From: Emiliania huxleyi CCMP1516
Taxonomy: Eukaryota
NCBI RefSeq assembly: GCF_000372725.1
Contig: NW_005201113.1
Coordinates: 190,763 to 254,762, forward strand
DNA length: 64,000 bases
Direction of reading: 5' to 3'
The position numbers were made by a program, and so were the translations under genes. Positions 10,610 to 21,587 of the stretch are shown one piece after another; the stretch's first letter is position 1; each line of letters starts with the position of its first letter. The notes under the pieces were generated by a model. The model was given only the letters and a program-made list of their open reading frames with translations, searched no databases and was not told where the DNA came from.

Positions 10610-12340
10610 TCAAGGGCGATGCACGCACAGCACGACCTCACACAACGCGCTGCACCGCGCGCACCGCGACCTCTCGGCGGTACCCTCCCAGCAGGACCGA
10701 CAGAGCGCCGCGTGCTGGCACGGCAACGCCATCATTTGCGACTCTCTTTCACCGCACTCGGCGCACCGCTTGGGAGCGCGCGCCGCCTCCGCCGCGGCCG
10801 AGACAGCTGCTTCAGCCTCCACCCGCGCTTTAGCCGCCTGCTCGCGCCGCGCGCGCCTCTCATCAGCGCGTCGGCGCCCCTCGAGCTCTGCGTCGCGCCC
10901 GAGGTCGCGCTTTTCCGACGCGGTCCGCCGTCGGTGGGCGCGTGAGCCCTCCCCAGACTGGAAGTGGCCAATGGAGCGGCAATCCCAATAGTAGTTGTTG
11001 TAGTTGGTGCAGTCGCCACGGAAGCCGCCGCTTGGCCCCCCAAGCTGGCTAGAGGACCCGTCCAGCTTCGAGCGGAGGGTGCGCGCGTATTTGCGGCTGA
11101 CGGGCGAGAGCTGCACGTCGGCGGCGTCGAAGCCCATCCACGTCCGCCACCGCCGCTCGCAGCCGAGCGGACCTGGCGCTTTGGCTAGAACGTCCGCCAT
11201 CGTCGCTGTCGCGGAACGTAGCAACGTTCGGACGGAGCGTCGGAACTCGTGCCAGCAGCGCATCCGCCTCTCGTGCTCTTCCCACTCCCGCCGCGCCGCC
11301 GCCTCGGCTGCCTTGACGGCGAAGCGGCCGCCGGCGCGGTCAGACCGTCCCCAGGGCCTCTCGGGGCCACCCCTTCCCTCCCACCCTACGCCGCCGCCAC
11401 CGCCGCTCGCGTGCGCCTCGCGCGTCAGCCGGCGGAGCTCACGGCGGCGCGTGAGCTTGGGGGACGGGCGGCTGGATCGGGGCTCCGGCTCCGGCTCGAG
11501 CGAGGGCACGCTCAGGCGGCCGTCGAGCAGGCAAACGTCCACAGCGTGGCTCGATCCGACGAGGAGATGGACTCCCTCCCCTGGTGTGCGGCAGAGCGCG
11601 CAAGTGCTCGAGTGCCGCGCCCAGCCGGCGTGGCAGCGCGCGCACATCGCGAGATGGCCGCACGGCTCCATGATGACGGTCGCGACCGACTCGGAGCAGA
11701 TCACGCACACGCCGAGCCGCTCCTCGAGCGCCTCTTGGCAGCCGCGGTCGAGGCAGCGCGAAGAGGAGGAGGAGTTGCCAAAGGGCGGAGCCGGGAAGTG
11801 GACCAGCCATGGGCGCCGCTCCTCCCTCTGCAGCATCCGAGCGATGGCCTCGTCGCTCCGCGTCTCGCCGCCGTTGCCCTCGCTGGGCCACGCGAGGCTC
11901 TCGGGTGTGTGCGATGCGGTGATCTCGTCGCCAACGATGGTCCATGCCGTCTCGGTGGCACTCACGACCGACCACTCTGAGCGGATATCGTCGGCGCTGA
12001 GCAGCTCGTCGCACTCGCTCGGGAGGCTCGAAAGGCTAAGGTGGAGGAGAGACCCGTCGGCAGGAGGAGCGGTCTTAAGAGCGGCGTTCCGCTGACTGCG
12101 AGCCTTGCGCCGTGCAGAACCATTGGAATTTCGGCGCTCTTCACCTTTCCAATCCTCCTCCCAAGCTTCTGAGCACTCCTCGCCGTCGCTCACACCTGAA
12201 AGAGCCCAACGCCGCAGCTTGCGGTGGGTCGTGCCTGAAGGCTGCAGCACGCGGGTTTCGTAACTGCCATGTGTGTATGAGAGCTCCTTGGAACGACACG
12301 CCTGGCGGACTCCTCGCCGGCTGTTGTGGGAGCGGCCCAT
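10610..12340 (-). CDS. Double RING-finger (C3HC4) protein, putative E3 ligase
   Basis: CVICSESVATVIMEPCGHLAMCARC...CALCR and CAECGERESQMMALPCQHAALCRSC...CARC, plus a UIM/MIU-like SDEAIARMLQREE. Confidence 0.8.
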   Translation of the reverse strand: MGRSHNSRRGVRQACRSKELSYTHGSYETRVLQPSGTTHRKLRRWALSGVSDGEECSEAWEEDWKGEERRNSNGSARRKARSQRNAALKTAPPADGSLLHLSLSSLPSECDELLSADDIRSEWSVVSATETAWTIVGDEITASHTPESLAWPSEGNGGETRSDEAIARMLQREERRPWLVHFPAPPFGNSSSSSRCLDRGCQEALEERLGVCVICSESVATVIMEPCGHLAMCARCHAGWARHSSTCALCRTPGEGVHLLVGSSHAVDVCLLDGRLSVPSLEPEPEPRSSRPSPKLTRRRELRRLTREAHASGGGGGVGWEGRGGPERPWGRSDRAGGRFAVKAAEAAARREWEEHERRMRCWHEFRRSVRTLLRSATATMADVLAKAPGPLGCERRWRTWMGFDAADVQLSPVSRKYARTLRSKLDGSSSQLGGPSGGFRGDCTNYNNYYWDCRSIGHFQSGEGSRAHRRRTASEKRDLGRDAELEGRRRADERRARREQAAKARVEAEAAVSAAAEAARAPKRCAECGERESQMMALPCQHAALCRSCWEGTAERSRCARCSALCEVVLCVHRP

Positions 12341-12556
12341 GGGCCCTGGTTGTCTGCGTTCCTGTCCTGGCCCTGTCCGACGGTTTCGTGGACGGCGTGT
12401 AAGTAGGACTCGTACGGAAATAAATAAAAACGGACATCTCTCTACTGTGAGATGGGTAAAAAGGAACAGGCCCCCGCCCTTGCGATCTTTCTGCAGGGTT
12501 CTTTGTGGGTGTGGTCGGCGACTAGCCGGGGTCGTCCTCCCGATGGGGGACTAGCA

Positions 12557-13546
12557 CTAGCCGTCTTCCACATGGTCCCTCGGGTCCCTGCTGCTCCTAA
12601 TCTCTTCGTACATCCTCCTGCTGATCTCCGCAAAGTCCTGCTCCCTCCCTCGTCTCGCCCCGCGCGTCTGCTCCGCCTCACCGTCTTCTGCCCTGCGTCG
12701 TCTGGCGACGGGTCCTCCATATTCGGTCGAGGTCGCCGCCCTCCTCGTGCCTCTTCCCAACGTTCCCTCGGCGGCCGATGCCGTCTGCTCCGGCTCCCCA
12801 GTCCCCGGCTCTGCCCTGCTCTCGTCTGCGCTAGTTTCTGCTTCGTCCTCACCGGCGTCTCTCCTCTTCCTTCTCCCCTTCTTGTATGCTTTGCACATCG
12901 CGTCGATTCCTTTTCGCGTGAGCACCAGCCTGAAGCCCGCCCAGCAGCTGAACCGCTCCCTAAGTCGAAGGAGCATCATCAGTCTCACCCACTTCGCTCG
13001 CTGCCCACTGTCTCCGCTCCCTCCCGCTTGAGCTGCCGTCGCGGCCCTCGTTCGTCCCACTGGCTGTTGGCCCGTCCCTGCGTTGCCTGCGTTATCCCTC
13101 CTCCTCCGCGACTCCCTCAAGGCCGGCCGAGCCTCTTTCCACCCAGTGAAGAGCTTCCTCAGCCACTCAATGTGTTCCTCTCTCTTCATTATGCGCGCCG
13201 TAGCCTCATCATTGAGCTGGATCCACCTCTGCACCGCTCCCGTCGCCGCCTCGGCCACGATTTGCAGGTTCCTCTTGACCCCGGCGCCAAGGTCCCTCCG
13301 GCTCTTCTCCGAGAGGTCATCTACCAGCGCCGGCAACACCCCCCCGACGGCTGGGGCTAGTGCATCGTACCCGTCCTCATCCAGCACCCTATAGCGTGAG
13401 CCCTTCAGCGCAGCGACATGCGCTATCCTCAGCGTCTTCAGCGTATCCTTGGAGTCGAGTGCCGCCTGGGCTACTTTGCTGATCGCCGTCCCCATCTGCG
13501 CTCGCGCTACTCTGAGGAACCATCTGGCCTGCTCCCTATTCCCCAT
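12557..13546 (-). mobile_element. 3' portion of a LINE-like ORF (same family as 61445-62680)
   Basis: 13297-13543 is nearly identical to 61446-61693, where it follows a CCHC-like knuckle remnant and a chromodomain. Confidence 0.5.
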
Positions 13547-14048
13547 GGACTCGTACGGAAAAGTCCGCCGACTAAATGATTTTCCACGACCGCACGGAAA
13601 CGCAGGGCCCCCCCCCCCCCCCCCCGACCGAGCTGCGAAACAGCGGCGTCCACACCGGCCGCCGCTCGAGAACCAAAACTTTCTTCGGCGCTGCGCGCCG
13701 CGTTCAACCCGATGACCAGTCCGGCTCTACAGCACGTGTGTAGCCGAGAGCAGTTGTGAAAGTGTGCGGTGTGTGTGTGCGCGACTGTGAGGGACGTGCA
13801 AACGTTGCATTTACGTAGACGGCGGGTACGGATTCATTTTGATATCGTAGAGCCGAACTCCGCGGGGGCGAGGGTGGAAGCGCACACTGAACACACTCTC
13901 GAGAGAGCGGAGTGGTGTGGCAGCCTCGCTATAGCGGGGGCGTTGCAGGGAGCCAGCGTTGAGCGTCCTTCTTTTGCTTGCTGAAGCGTCGTACGCGAGT
14001 GAGTTCGCCGCGCCGTATCTGCCTCTCTGGCACTGGGCCATGAATCAC

Positions 14049-15503
14049 TCACTCCCGCGACCACACCTCGATCTTCTTGGGCAGCAGCTGGTTCGACAGG
14101 TCCTCTCCGTGGCCTAGGCAGCGGTGGCCGCCCTGGCCCCAGGCAAAGACAGCGCCGTTGGCAGTGATGGCGAGGCCGTGGCTGCGTCCAGCCGACACAA
14201 CGACGACTTGATGGCCAGCAAAGGCTTCGATCTTCCTGGGCAGCAGCTGCCACAGCTGGTCGCCGTGGCCCAGCTTGCCAAAGGCTCCACCGCCCCAGCT
14301 CCAAGCGGCGCCATCGGCGGTAAGGGCGAGGCTGTGGCGGGCTCCTGCCGACACAGCGACGACGCGCCGCCCAGCAAAGGCCTCGATCTTCTTCGGCAGC
14401 AGCTGCGTCTCCTCGTCGCCGTGGCCCAACCGGCCAGAGTATCCCCAGCCCCAGCTCCAGACGGCGCCGTCGGCGGTGATGGCGAAGCTGTGGTCGCGTC
14501 CAGCCGAGACAGCGACGACGCGCTGACTCGCCAAGGCCTCAACCTTCTTTGTCAGCAGCTGGTCCTGCGTGTCGCCGTGGCCCAGCCGGCCGTAGTCTCC
14601 CCAGCCCCAGCTCCAGACGGCACCGTCGGCGGTGACGGCGAGGCTGTGGTATGCTCCAGCCGACACGGCGACGACGCGCCGCCCAGCGAAGGCCTCGACC
14701 TTCTTGGGCAGCAGCTGGTTCTGCTCGTCGCCGTGGCCCAGCTTGCCCCAGTCTCCATCGCCCCAGCTCCAGACGGCACCGTCGGCGGTGATTGCGAGGC
14801 TGTGGCCATCTCCAGCCGACACAGCAACGACGCGCCGCCCAGCGAAGGCCTCGACCTTCTTGGGCAGCAGCTGGTCCTGCGCGTCGCCGTGGCCCAGCTG
14901 GCCCCAATTTCCAGCACCCCAGCTCCAGACAGCGCCGTCGGCGGCGAGGGCGAGGCTGTGGCCATCTCCGGCCGACACGCTCACGGCGCGCTCGTCACCC
15001 AGCGTTGACGGGAGGCGGGTCGGCGTGTTGAGCTGCGTCCTTCCCTCGCCGTGGCCGAGAAGGCCTGGAAACTCCTCGTCCTCCTCCTCCTCCTCCCCCT
15101 CCGTTGCCACTGACCCGCACGACGAGAGCCGCCCCTTGCCGTCGATGAACACGCTGTGCCATTCGCCTGCTGCCGCCCTCGCCGGTGGGTTGGACTCGTG
15201 CAGCAACGCCGAATAGCACAGCCAGCGCACGGCGCAGGTCTCGTCCTCGGGCTGCGCCGGCAGCTCGAAGCCGCGCTCTTGCGCCCACAAGCGGATGCCC
15301 TGCTCCGCGAGCGAGGCGTGAAAGAGCAGGGAGACGGCCGCGACGCGAGCGATGTCGGCGGGGCTGTCGCAGCGAGAGAGGGCGCGCTCGACGAGCTCCC
15401 TGGGGAGATCGAGCAAGCGGACGGGCGGCGGCGCGACTGGCGAGGGCGCGGCGGTGGCGGCGGAGGCGAGGCGGCGCGAGCTGCGGCGCGGCGGGGTGGA
15501 CAT
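14049..15503 (-). CDS. F-box + RCC1-repeat protein
   Basis: RLLDLPRELVERALSRC...IARVAAVSLLF, followed by about 7 repeats of VSAGxxHSLALTADGAVWSWGxGxxGxLGHGD. Intronless. Confidence 0.9.
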   Translation of the reverse strand: MSTPPRRSSRRLASAATAAPSPVAPPPVRLLDLPRELVERALSRCDSPADIARVAAVSLLFHASLAEQGIRLWAQERGFELPAQPEDETCAVRWLCYSALLHESNPPARAAAGEWHSVFIDGKGRLSSCGSVATEGEEEEEDEEFPGLLGHGEGRTQLNTPTRLPSTLGDERAVSVSAGDGHSLALAADGAVWSWGAGNWGQLGHGDAQDQLLPKKVEAFAGRRVVAVSAGDGHSLAITADGAVWSWGDGDWGKLGHGDEQNQLLPKKVEAFAGRRVVAVSAGAYHSLAVTADGAVWSWGWGDYGRLGHGDTQDQLLTKKVEALASQRVVAVSAGRDHSFAITADGAVWSWGWGYSGRLGHGDEETQLLPKKIEAFAGRRVVAVSAGARHSLALTADGAAWSWGGGAFGKLGHGDQLWQLLPRKIEAFAGHQVVVVSAGRSHGLAITANGAVFAWGQGGHRCLGHGEDLSNQLLPKKIEVWSRE

Positions 15504-15819
15504 CGCGAAGAAAAGAATTCACTCGCCGCAATAAACACACTTGGTTTTTCTGAGGGGCCAGGATATGCAGCAAGGAGGGCGGAGCTGCGCCGAAAGGCGA
15601 AAGAAGCCGAGAGAACAAGGGAACGGCAGGCGGCGGCGGCGCAGGACGAGGCGGAAGAGAATGACGCGACGGAGGAAGTGACAAGGGAGAGAACGACGAG
15701 AATGGGACGGCCGCGAGGTGGCATGAAGGTTGCAGCGAGAATCGGCGAGAGACTGCGAAAAGAGATAGGAAGAGGCAGACTCCCTAGGGTGGGCGACGGC
15801 TAGCGCATCACACTCCTCT

Positions 15820-15945
15820 CCTTAAAATCCCTGTGTGGTGGCGGCGTGCCGTCCTCCCATCCCTCCCTTGGGTTGTCTGTTTTCTTTCTTTCTTTCTTTG
15901 GTTTTTCTGTTTTCTTTCTTTCTTTCTTTCGTAACACACACACTC
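15820..15945 (+). repeat. Dispersed repeat with (TTTC)n tail
   Basis: TTAAAATCCCTGTGT.GT.GCGG.GTGCCGTC.TCCCA...GTTTTCTTTC also at 19855-19910. Tail part at 60285-60332 and inverted at 28477-28523. Confidence 0.7.
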
Positions 15946-16040
15946 ATCAGTAACCAGCCTCCGGCGGGGCCCCCTCTCCGAGAGCGCAGCGCAGACAGAC
16001 TGACTACTATGTCTAGACAGAGGCTCAAGATGACTCAAGC

Positions 16041-16246
16041 GCCAGCTGCTGCCGAAGAAGGTCAAGGCCTTGGCTGGGCAGAAAGCCGTCGCTGTGTGGG
16101 CGGGATCATGGCACAGCATTGCCCTCACCGCCGACGGCGCCGTTTTCACGTGGGGCAAGGGCGAAGACGCCTGCCTAGGCCACGGAGAGGACCTGTCGAA
16201 CCAGCTGCTGCCCAAGAAGATCGAGGCGTGGGCGCCGGGGCAGTGA
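16041..16246 (+). pseudogene. 5'-truncated RCC1-repeat paralogue fragment
   Basis: QLLPKKVKALAGQKAVAVWAGSWHSIALTADGAVFTWGKGEDACLGHGEDLSNQLLPKKIEAW, which parallels the end of 14049-15503. Confidence 0.8.
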
Positions 16247-16479
16247 TGAGAAGTGCGAAAGGGTGCAAGGCTCTCTGTTGCCGCGTCGCCCACGTGCCTA
16301 TTCGCCACCTGCGAACGTAATAGATGATCGTAACACGTGTATTCCAAAAAAGGGTTCGTACGCGCTTCTTATTATTCTAATCGTGCGTGCGCGCAGGGCT
16401 CGTCTTTGCTTTCTTCTACGAAAGCGCTGGGGGCGTCACTGTGAAGGCTGCTGCCAGGACGGCTTCGATCCAATAATCA

Positions 16480-16920
16480 GACACGTCTGCAGTCGGTGCT
16501 CCTGCACAGAGTGCATTGGGGCGCACAGGCTGCGGTACAAAAACGGTGGCAGCGAGAAGGTGGACACCGGCTTTGTGACGTTTATGCGGCGGAGCTGCAG
16601 GAGAGAGAGAAGATAACCCACGCAAGAAGGGCCGGACGAGCCGGGCACTGCTCACAGCACGCGTCTGCTCTCAGGCGCACGAGCACATGTTCGACAGAGA
16701 GAGTGGGGGCGAGCATCCAGCCATGGGCGTGACGGAGGCGCTCGAGAAGGTCGCTGGCTTCAAACCCGCCTATCCGACCTTCGACGCCGCAAGCGATGTC
16801 ATGAATATCACGATCACAGGGCACAGTCTTGGGGGGTCGCAGGTGCAGATGCTGTGCCTACGAGTGTTGCATCCAGGCACGCCCCACGATCGCGGCGATC
16901 TTACCTCGAGACGAGTGTGA
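16480..16920 (+). pseudogene. Class 3 lipase fragment
   Basis: ITITGHSLGGSQ nucleophile motif. Upstream KVDTGF resembles VHxGF but lies in another frame. Confidence 0.55.
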
Positions 16921-16963
16921 AAACGCCCTGCGCCAAAACGCAGCGCGGGAAGCTGCTCAGCAC

Positions 16964-19090
16964 ATGCCTACGAGTGAGGCCCACTGGATCGCCCTCCTCG
17001 ACGGCGTCTTCGGCGACGACGACATTCTCAACATCATATTCAGCACCCTCAAACCGCTGAGCGACAAGCCTCGTGCCAGTCAAACCTGTAAACGGTTCTG
17101 TGCGCAGTTGAGCGAGCCGCAGTACAACACAAGGCGGAACTGGCTTATCAGCCGTACCTGCTATACGCAAAGCTTCAACGCAAGTCTGCTGCGTGCTCCA
17201 TGCTGGTGTGCGTGTGGCTGCCTTCGCGTTGCGTCCGCAGACGGCAGCAGCAAAATCTGGCTGCAGGGAAGGTGCGCGCATTTTCAGCGCCTGCTGTCTC
17301 TTGTCAAGCAGACTCCAGGCCGCTCGTACGACAGGGAAACCCACGCATGGTCAGTGGCGACGGAACACCTTCGCTCGCTCCTCGATCGAGTGTACCGCAG
17401 CGAGCCCGACGCACTGTTGCCCGGAGTTCGCGAGGCGCTCGCGAGGCTGCAGGCGCCTGGTCCGCCTGTGCCGACCGGCGCGGCTGCGAGCGGCAACGAC
17501 CCTGTTCGCGACTACTCGCGTTTCGGCGGCCCTTCGACGGTGCCCACGCGTCGTGCCGCGCTGATGCTGAGGGAGGTGGCCATGCGGGGCGAGGAGCAGC
17601 GACTCCGCGGGCTGTCGCCGGCTTATTTTGCGCGCCAGCAGCAGCTGCAGCAGCTGCGAGAGGCAGTGCGTGTCGGATCTGACATTCTGACGCGCAAGAG
17701 CGCTTCTCCAGACGAGTCAAGCAGGCTGACTGAAACAGCACAGGCCGTCCACGATCTTCACGAGGCGATTGAGGCGGTGCGTCCGCCACTTTCCGGCGCG
17801 ATGAAGCCAGACGACGAGAAGAAGATGTCCAAGGCTCGCGCGCTCGAAGAGGAGCTGAAAGCCGAGCGTCTGCGCGCGGCCGATGCTGTGGCTGAGCGGC
17901 GGCGCGTCGAAGCCGTCGATCGCCTTCGAGCCGCAATGTGTCCTCGACTGGACGACGAGCCTCTCGCCGAGAGGATGCATCTGCTCGAGGTGGCAATCAG
18001 CGAGGCCGAGGAAGAGGACGCTGCCGCGCAGGATGCTGCGCTGCTCGTCGAGGCAGCAGCGCGGCTCGATGCGCTACGTGAGGCGCGGGCGGAGGAGCTG
18101 CGAAAGGAGGCCGAGGCAAACGCGGCGGCAAGAGCGGCGGCCAGAAAGGCGGCGGCCATCGCCCAGCTTCGAGCCGTGCTCGCGGAGAGTGTCGACGGGC
18201 CTGTCGATCGCCGGCTGCGTCGGCTGGAGGCGGCGCTGTGCGAGGTGAAGGCGTCCGGCGTGATCGAGCTGTGGACTCCATCCGGCGTGATCGTGCACGT
18301 GGACGGCGAGCCCCAAGTCGAGCACGAGTTGCTCGAGGAGGCAGCTCGCCTCGAAACAGCGCTTGCGCACGAGCGACAGGAGGAGCAGGCTCGCGCGGCA
18401 GCGGCGGCGGAGGCGGCCAGACAGGCGGCGGCGGAGGCGCGTGCAGCGTCCAGAAAGAAGGCCGCCATCGAGCGGTTGAGCGAGGCGGTCGACAGAGCAG
18501 ACGAGGCGGTCGACAGCGCGGACGAGAACGAGCACGAGGGAGATCTTGAGGACGTGCTCACGCTCAAGGACGTGCTGGAGGAGCTGCAGACGGCGCTGTG
18601 CGAGGCGAAAAACGCCGGCGTGACGCCTGATGTGCCGGTGCACAACAGCACGGGAGGGGACGGACTGCTTGCCGCGGCGCGTGAGCTGTTGGTCGCAGTG
18701 AAGGCGGCGCACTGGGCGCGGGCCATGCGGCTGCCACGGGACGAGTGCGCGGTGGCACTTTGCGAATGCAACCGACCGCACGAGATGGGAGAGCTCGGGT
18801 ACCACGTGTGCCGCTTTTACGGCTTCTTCTCATGTCGAAGCTGCGGCAACGACTGGGAGAGCGGGCGCACACACGTCGATCTCGGCCGCAAGGTGCCGCT
18901 AGACTGCCGCCGCTGCCGTCGCGCGACCGAGCCGTTCAAGATGCAGCTGCTTCAGGATGCTGGCGGACACGGGGAGAGGGGCCGACATCCAGCGCATTTG
19001 TGCCACATGTGCAGGCGGCTCCAGCGCGAGCGCGGAGATCCGGATGCACGCTGTGACGGGAGGCGGCTCGACGGTCTGTACAATGATTGA
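16964..19090 (+). CDS. F-box-like + HARP-like + coiled-coil + 3CxxC zinc-finger protein
   Basis: DDILNIIFSTLKPLSDKPRASQTCKRF; LLSLVKQTPGRSYDRETHAWSVATEHLRSL; long A/E/R coil; FYGFFSCRSCGNDWES...CRRCRR...HPAHLCHMC. Confidence 0.7.
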   Translation: MPTSEAHWIALLDGVFGDDDILNIIFSTLKPLSDKPRASQTCKRFCAQLSEPQYNTRRNWLISRTCYTQSFNASLLRAPCWCACGCLRVASADGSSKIWLQGRCAHFQRLLSLVKQTPGRSYDRETHAWSVATEHLRSLLDRVYRSEPDALLPGVREALARLQAPGPPVPTGAAASGNDPVRDYSRFGGPSTVPTRRAALMLREVAMRGEEQRLRGLSPAYFARQQQLQQLREAVRVGSDILTRKSASPDESSRLTETAQAVHDLHEAIEAVRPPLSGAMKPDDEKKMSKARALEEELKAERLRAADAVAERRRVEAVDRLRAAMCPRLDDEPLAERMHLLEVAISEAEEEDAAAQDAALLVEAAARLDALREARAEELRKEAEANAAARAAARKAAAIAQLRAVLAESVDGPVDRRLRRLEAALCEVKASGVIELWTPSGVIVHVDGEPQVEHELLEEAARLETALAHERQEEQARAAAAAEAARQAAAEARAASRKKAAIERLSEAVDRADEAVDSADENEHEGDLEDVLTLKDVLEELQTALCEAKNAGVTPDVPVHNSTGGDGLLAAARELLVAVKAAHWARAMRLPRDECAVALCECNRPHEMGELGYHVCRFYGFFSCRSCGNDWESGRTHVDLGRKVPLDCRRCRRATEPFKMQLLQDAGGHGERGRHPAHLCHMCRRLQRERGDPDARCDGRRLDGLYND

Positions 19091-19311
19091 TTCTCATCAT
19101 CCTGGAAGCAATTACAGCTGTTTGAGCTGTATCCAGTAACAAGCGGTACTACTGTGTATAGAAGCAAATACCTTTCCAGGCTCCCGCCACAAAGCACCTC
19201 GCAAAATTCTGTCATCAAAGCTGCTGGGTTGTCGTAGAAAAAGACGGCGCCGAAACTGGTGGCCATGGCAAGCACAAGCACAAAGATCCGGACGCACACC
19301 GATCCTGGCAT
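19090..19311 (-). pseudogene. N-terminal fragment of an MFSD1-like transporter
   Basis: RIFVLVLAMATSFGAVFFYDNPAALM...YLLLYT resembles MFSD1 FGSYFCYDNPAALQ. No downstream part found. Confidence 0.55.
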
Positions 19312-20039
19312 TTGAGACGCGCGGGCTCACTCGTGACGAACTTGGGCGATGAGGTCGGCATATGTCCACAGTGGACGCGCGTCTCGGGAGCATATGGATA
19401 TGCGGCAGGCAAGGACGCGGGACGTGAGTAAGTCGGCGTCTACCCGCGGTTACAGTTGTATTACATCAGCAAATTTTGCGCATTGCGGTCCCACGCGGGA
19501 GGTACGATCTCGTGTTGGAGATATCTGTTCAGAATTTCACAACAAAAACCACCTTCAAGCCACACGATTCCCCGGCTAGTCATGCGGAGCGTCATGACTC
19601 ATGTGCTGTCACACACCGGTGATCGGGTGCGTTTGGTTGTCTGTCTTCTTTCTTCTTTCTTCCCCCAGCTGCACGAGCAGGATCTCCGTGTTCTCCGCCC
19701 ATCGGAGCTGGCCGACGACCCCGAGATACAACGTATCCATCCCGAGGTGCTGCAGCATCGCGCTATCTCGGTCGATCTCGGGCCCCGCGCTGCGCGATCT
19801 CGGGAACGGGATCTTGCACGTATCTTGCGCTATCTCGGAGCCCCGAGTGCGGCTTTAAAATCCCTGTGTAGTAGCGGTGTGCCGTCGTCCCAGGACCCTT
19901 GTTTTCTTTCTGGGCCAGTGCTCAGTGCGAGGATTTTTTAGAGTGTCCGTTTTATTTTGCTCGTTTGGCGCGTGCTTCACCTAGGCAAACCCAACCCAGT
20001 CCCTTGGTAACTCTCAGAGAGACGAACCTCAACCGCTGT

Positions 20040-21587
20040 TCAGCAAAGCTTAGTGCTGCTCCAGCTGCCCCGCGCAGCCTCCGCCTCCGCCACCGCCCGC
20101 TCCGCCGCCCTCTTCGCCGCCTCCTGCGCCGCCTCCTTCGCCGCCTTCTCTGCCGCCCTCTCGGCCGCCGCATGCTCCTCGAGGGCGCGCACGCAATCGA
20201 TGTGGCCCTGCTCCTTGGCAATCTGCAGCGCTGTGTGTCCACTCGCCGCGCGCAGTTCCGTGTCGGCGCCCGCCCGCAGCAGGCAGCGGAGAGCGGCGGG
20301 GTGGTTCTGGTAGGCGGCGATCATCAGCACGGTGTTGCCGTCACTGTCCTGAAGGTTGATCTCCGCGCCGCGCTGCAGCAGCAGCTCGACCACCCGCTCG
20401 TGGCCGCAGAGGGCGGCGAACAGCAGCGCGGTGCCGCCGGCATTGTCCTGCCAGTCGATCTCCGCGCCGTGCTGCAGCAGCGCGTCGACCACCCGCGCGT
20501 GGCCTTGTCGGGCGGCGTACAGCAGCGCGGTGCGGCCTTTACTGTTCTGAAGGTCGATCGAAGCGCCACGCTGCAGCGACGCCACGGCCAGTCGCTCGTT
20601 GCCGCAGGAGGCGGCGGCCATCAGCAGCGTAATGCCGCTCTCATCCTCACGGGTGAAAGTCGCGTCCACCCGCCCGCCGCCGTCGAGCCACGCCAGCACC
20701 GCCTCGCCGCCTCGCCAAGCCGCCTCCACGATCTCCTTGGGGACGGCGTCCTCGCCCGTTCCACTCTCCACGCCGCCAGAAAAGGACGCGGCAGTTGGTG
20801 CCGCCGCTGCCCCCTTGCTCGAGGCGGCATCGCCGTCCGCCCCTGCGCCGCCCGCCGCGCCGATGTCCTCGGGAACAGGCCCGCTGCTGCCGCCCGAAGC
20901 GCTGCCTGCCCCCGCGCCGCCCGCCTCGACCGCCGCCGCGTCGCGCCTCTCCGCCGCCACCTCGCCGAGAAATGTCTTGACGGCGGCGACGCACTCGGTG
21001 TGGCCCTTCTCCTTGGCGATCTGCAGCGCCGTCTTGCCGTCCGCAGTGCGCAGCGCCATGTCTGCGCCCGCCCGCAGCAACTGGAGCACGACGACAGAAT
21101 GGCCATTGAAGGCGGCGTTCGCGACCGCAGTGTAGCCGTCGCTGTTCTGCAAGTCGACCTCTGCCCCGTGCCGTAGAAGCAAGTCGACCAGGCGCTCGAG
21201 GCCTCGGTTGGCGGCCAACGTTAGCGCAGTGCAACCGTGGCTGCTCTGTAGGTTGATCTCCGCGCCGTGCTGCAGCAGCGTCTCAGCCACCTGCACCTGG
21301 CCCGTAGCGGCGGCCGCAATCAGCGCGGTGCTGCCGACGCTGTTATGCGCGTCCGGCTTCGCGCCCCGCTTCAGCAGAACCTCGACCAGCTGCTTGTGGC
21401 CGTTGGTGGCGGCGATCGCCAGGAGCGTCCAGCCACTCACACCGCCACGCTCGCACGTCGCATCAACCCGCCCGTCCCCGGCGAGCCACGTCTGCACCAC
21501 GCCCACGAGCGCGAGCGGCGCAGCAGCCGCCGTTGAAGCGTGTCCGCGCCGGGAGGCGGCTGAGCCAGCTTTTGGTCGGCCGGGCAT
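20040..21587 (-). CDS. Ankyrin-repeat protein made of two duplicated ankyrin blocks
   Basis: Repeated G.TALxxAAxxGHxxVVxxLLxxGAEINLQ. Both blocks begin with WLxGxGRVDAT and end with TALQIAKExGHxxCV. Confidence 0.92.
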   Translation of the reverse strand: MPGRPKAGSAASRRGHASTAAAAPLALVGVVQTWLAGDGRVDATCERGGVSGWTLLAIAATNGHKQLVEVLLKRGAKPDAHNSVGSTALIAAAATGQVQVAETLLQHGAEINLQSSHGCTALTLAANRGLERLVDLLLRHGAEVDLQNSDGYTAVANAAFNGHSVVVLQLLRAGADMALRTADGKTALQIAKEKGHTECVAAVKTFLGEVAAERRDAAAVEAGGAGAGSASGGSSGPVPEDIGAAGGAGADGDAASSKGAAAAPTAASFSGGVESGTGEDAVPKEIVEAAWRGGEAVLAWLDGGGRVDATFTREDESGITLLMAAASCGNERLAVASLQRGASIDLQNSKGRTALLYAARQGHARVVDALLQHGAEIDWQDNAGGTALLFAALCGHERVVELLLQRGAEINLQDSDGNTVLMIAAYQNHPAALRCLLRAGADTELRAASGHTALQIAKEQGHIDCVRALEEHAAAERAAEKAAKEAAQEAAKRAAERAVAEAEAARGSWSSTKLC

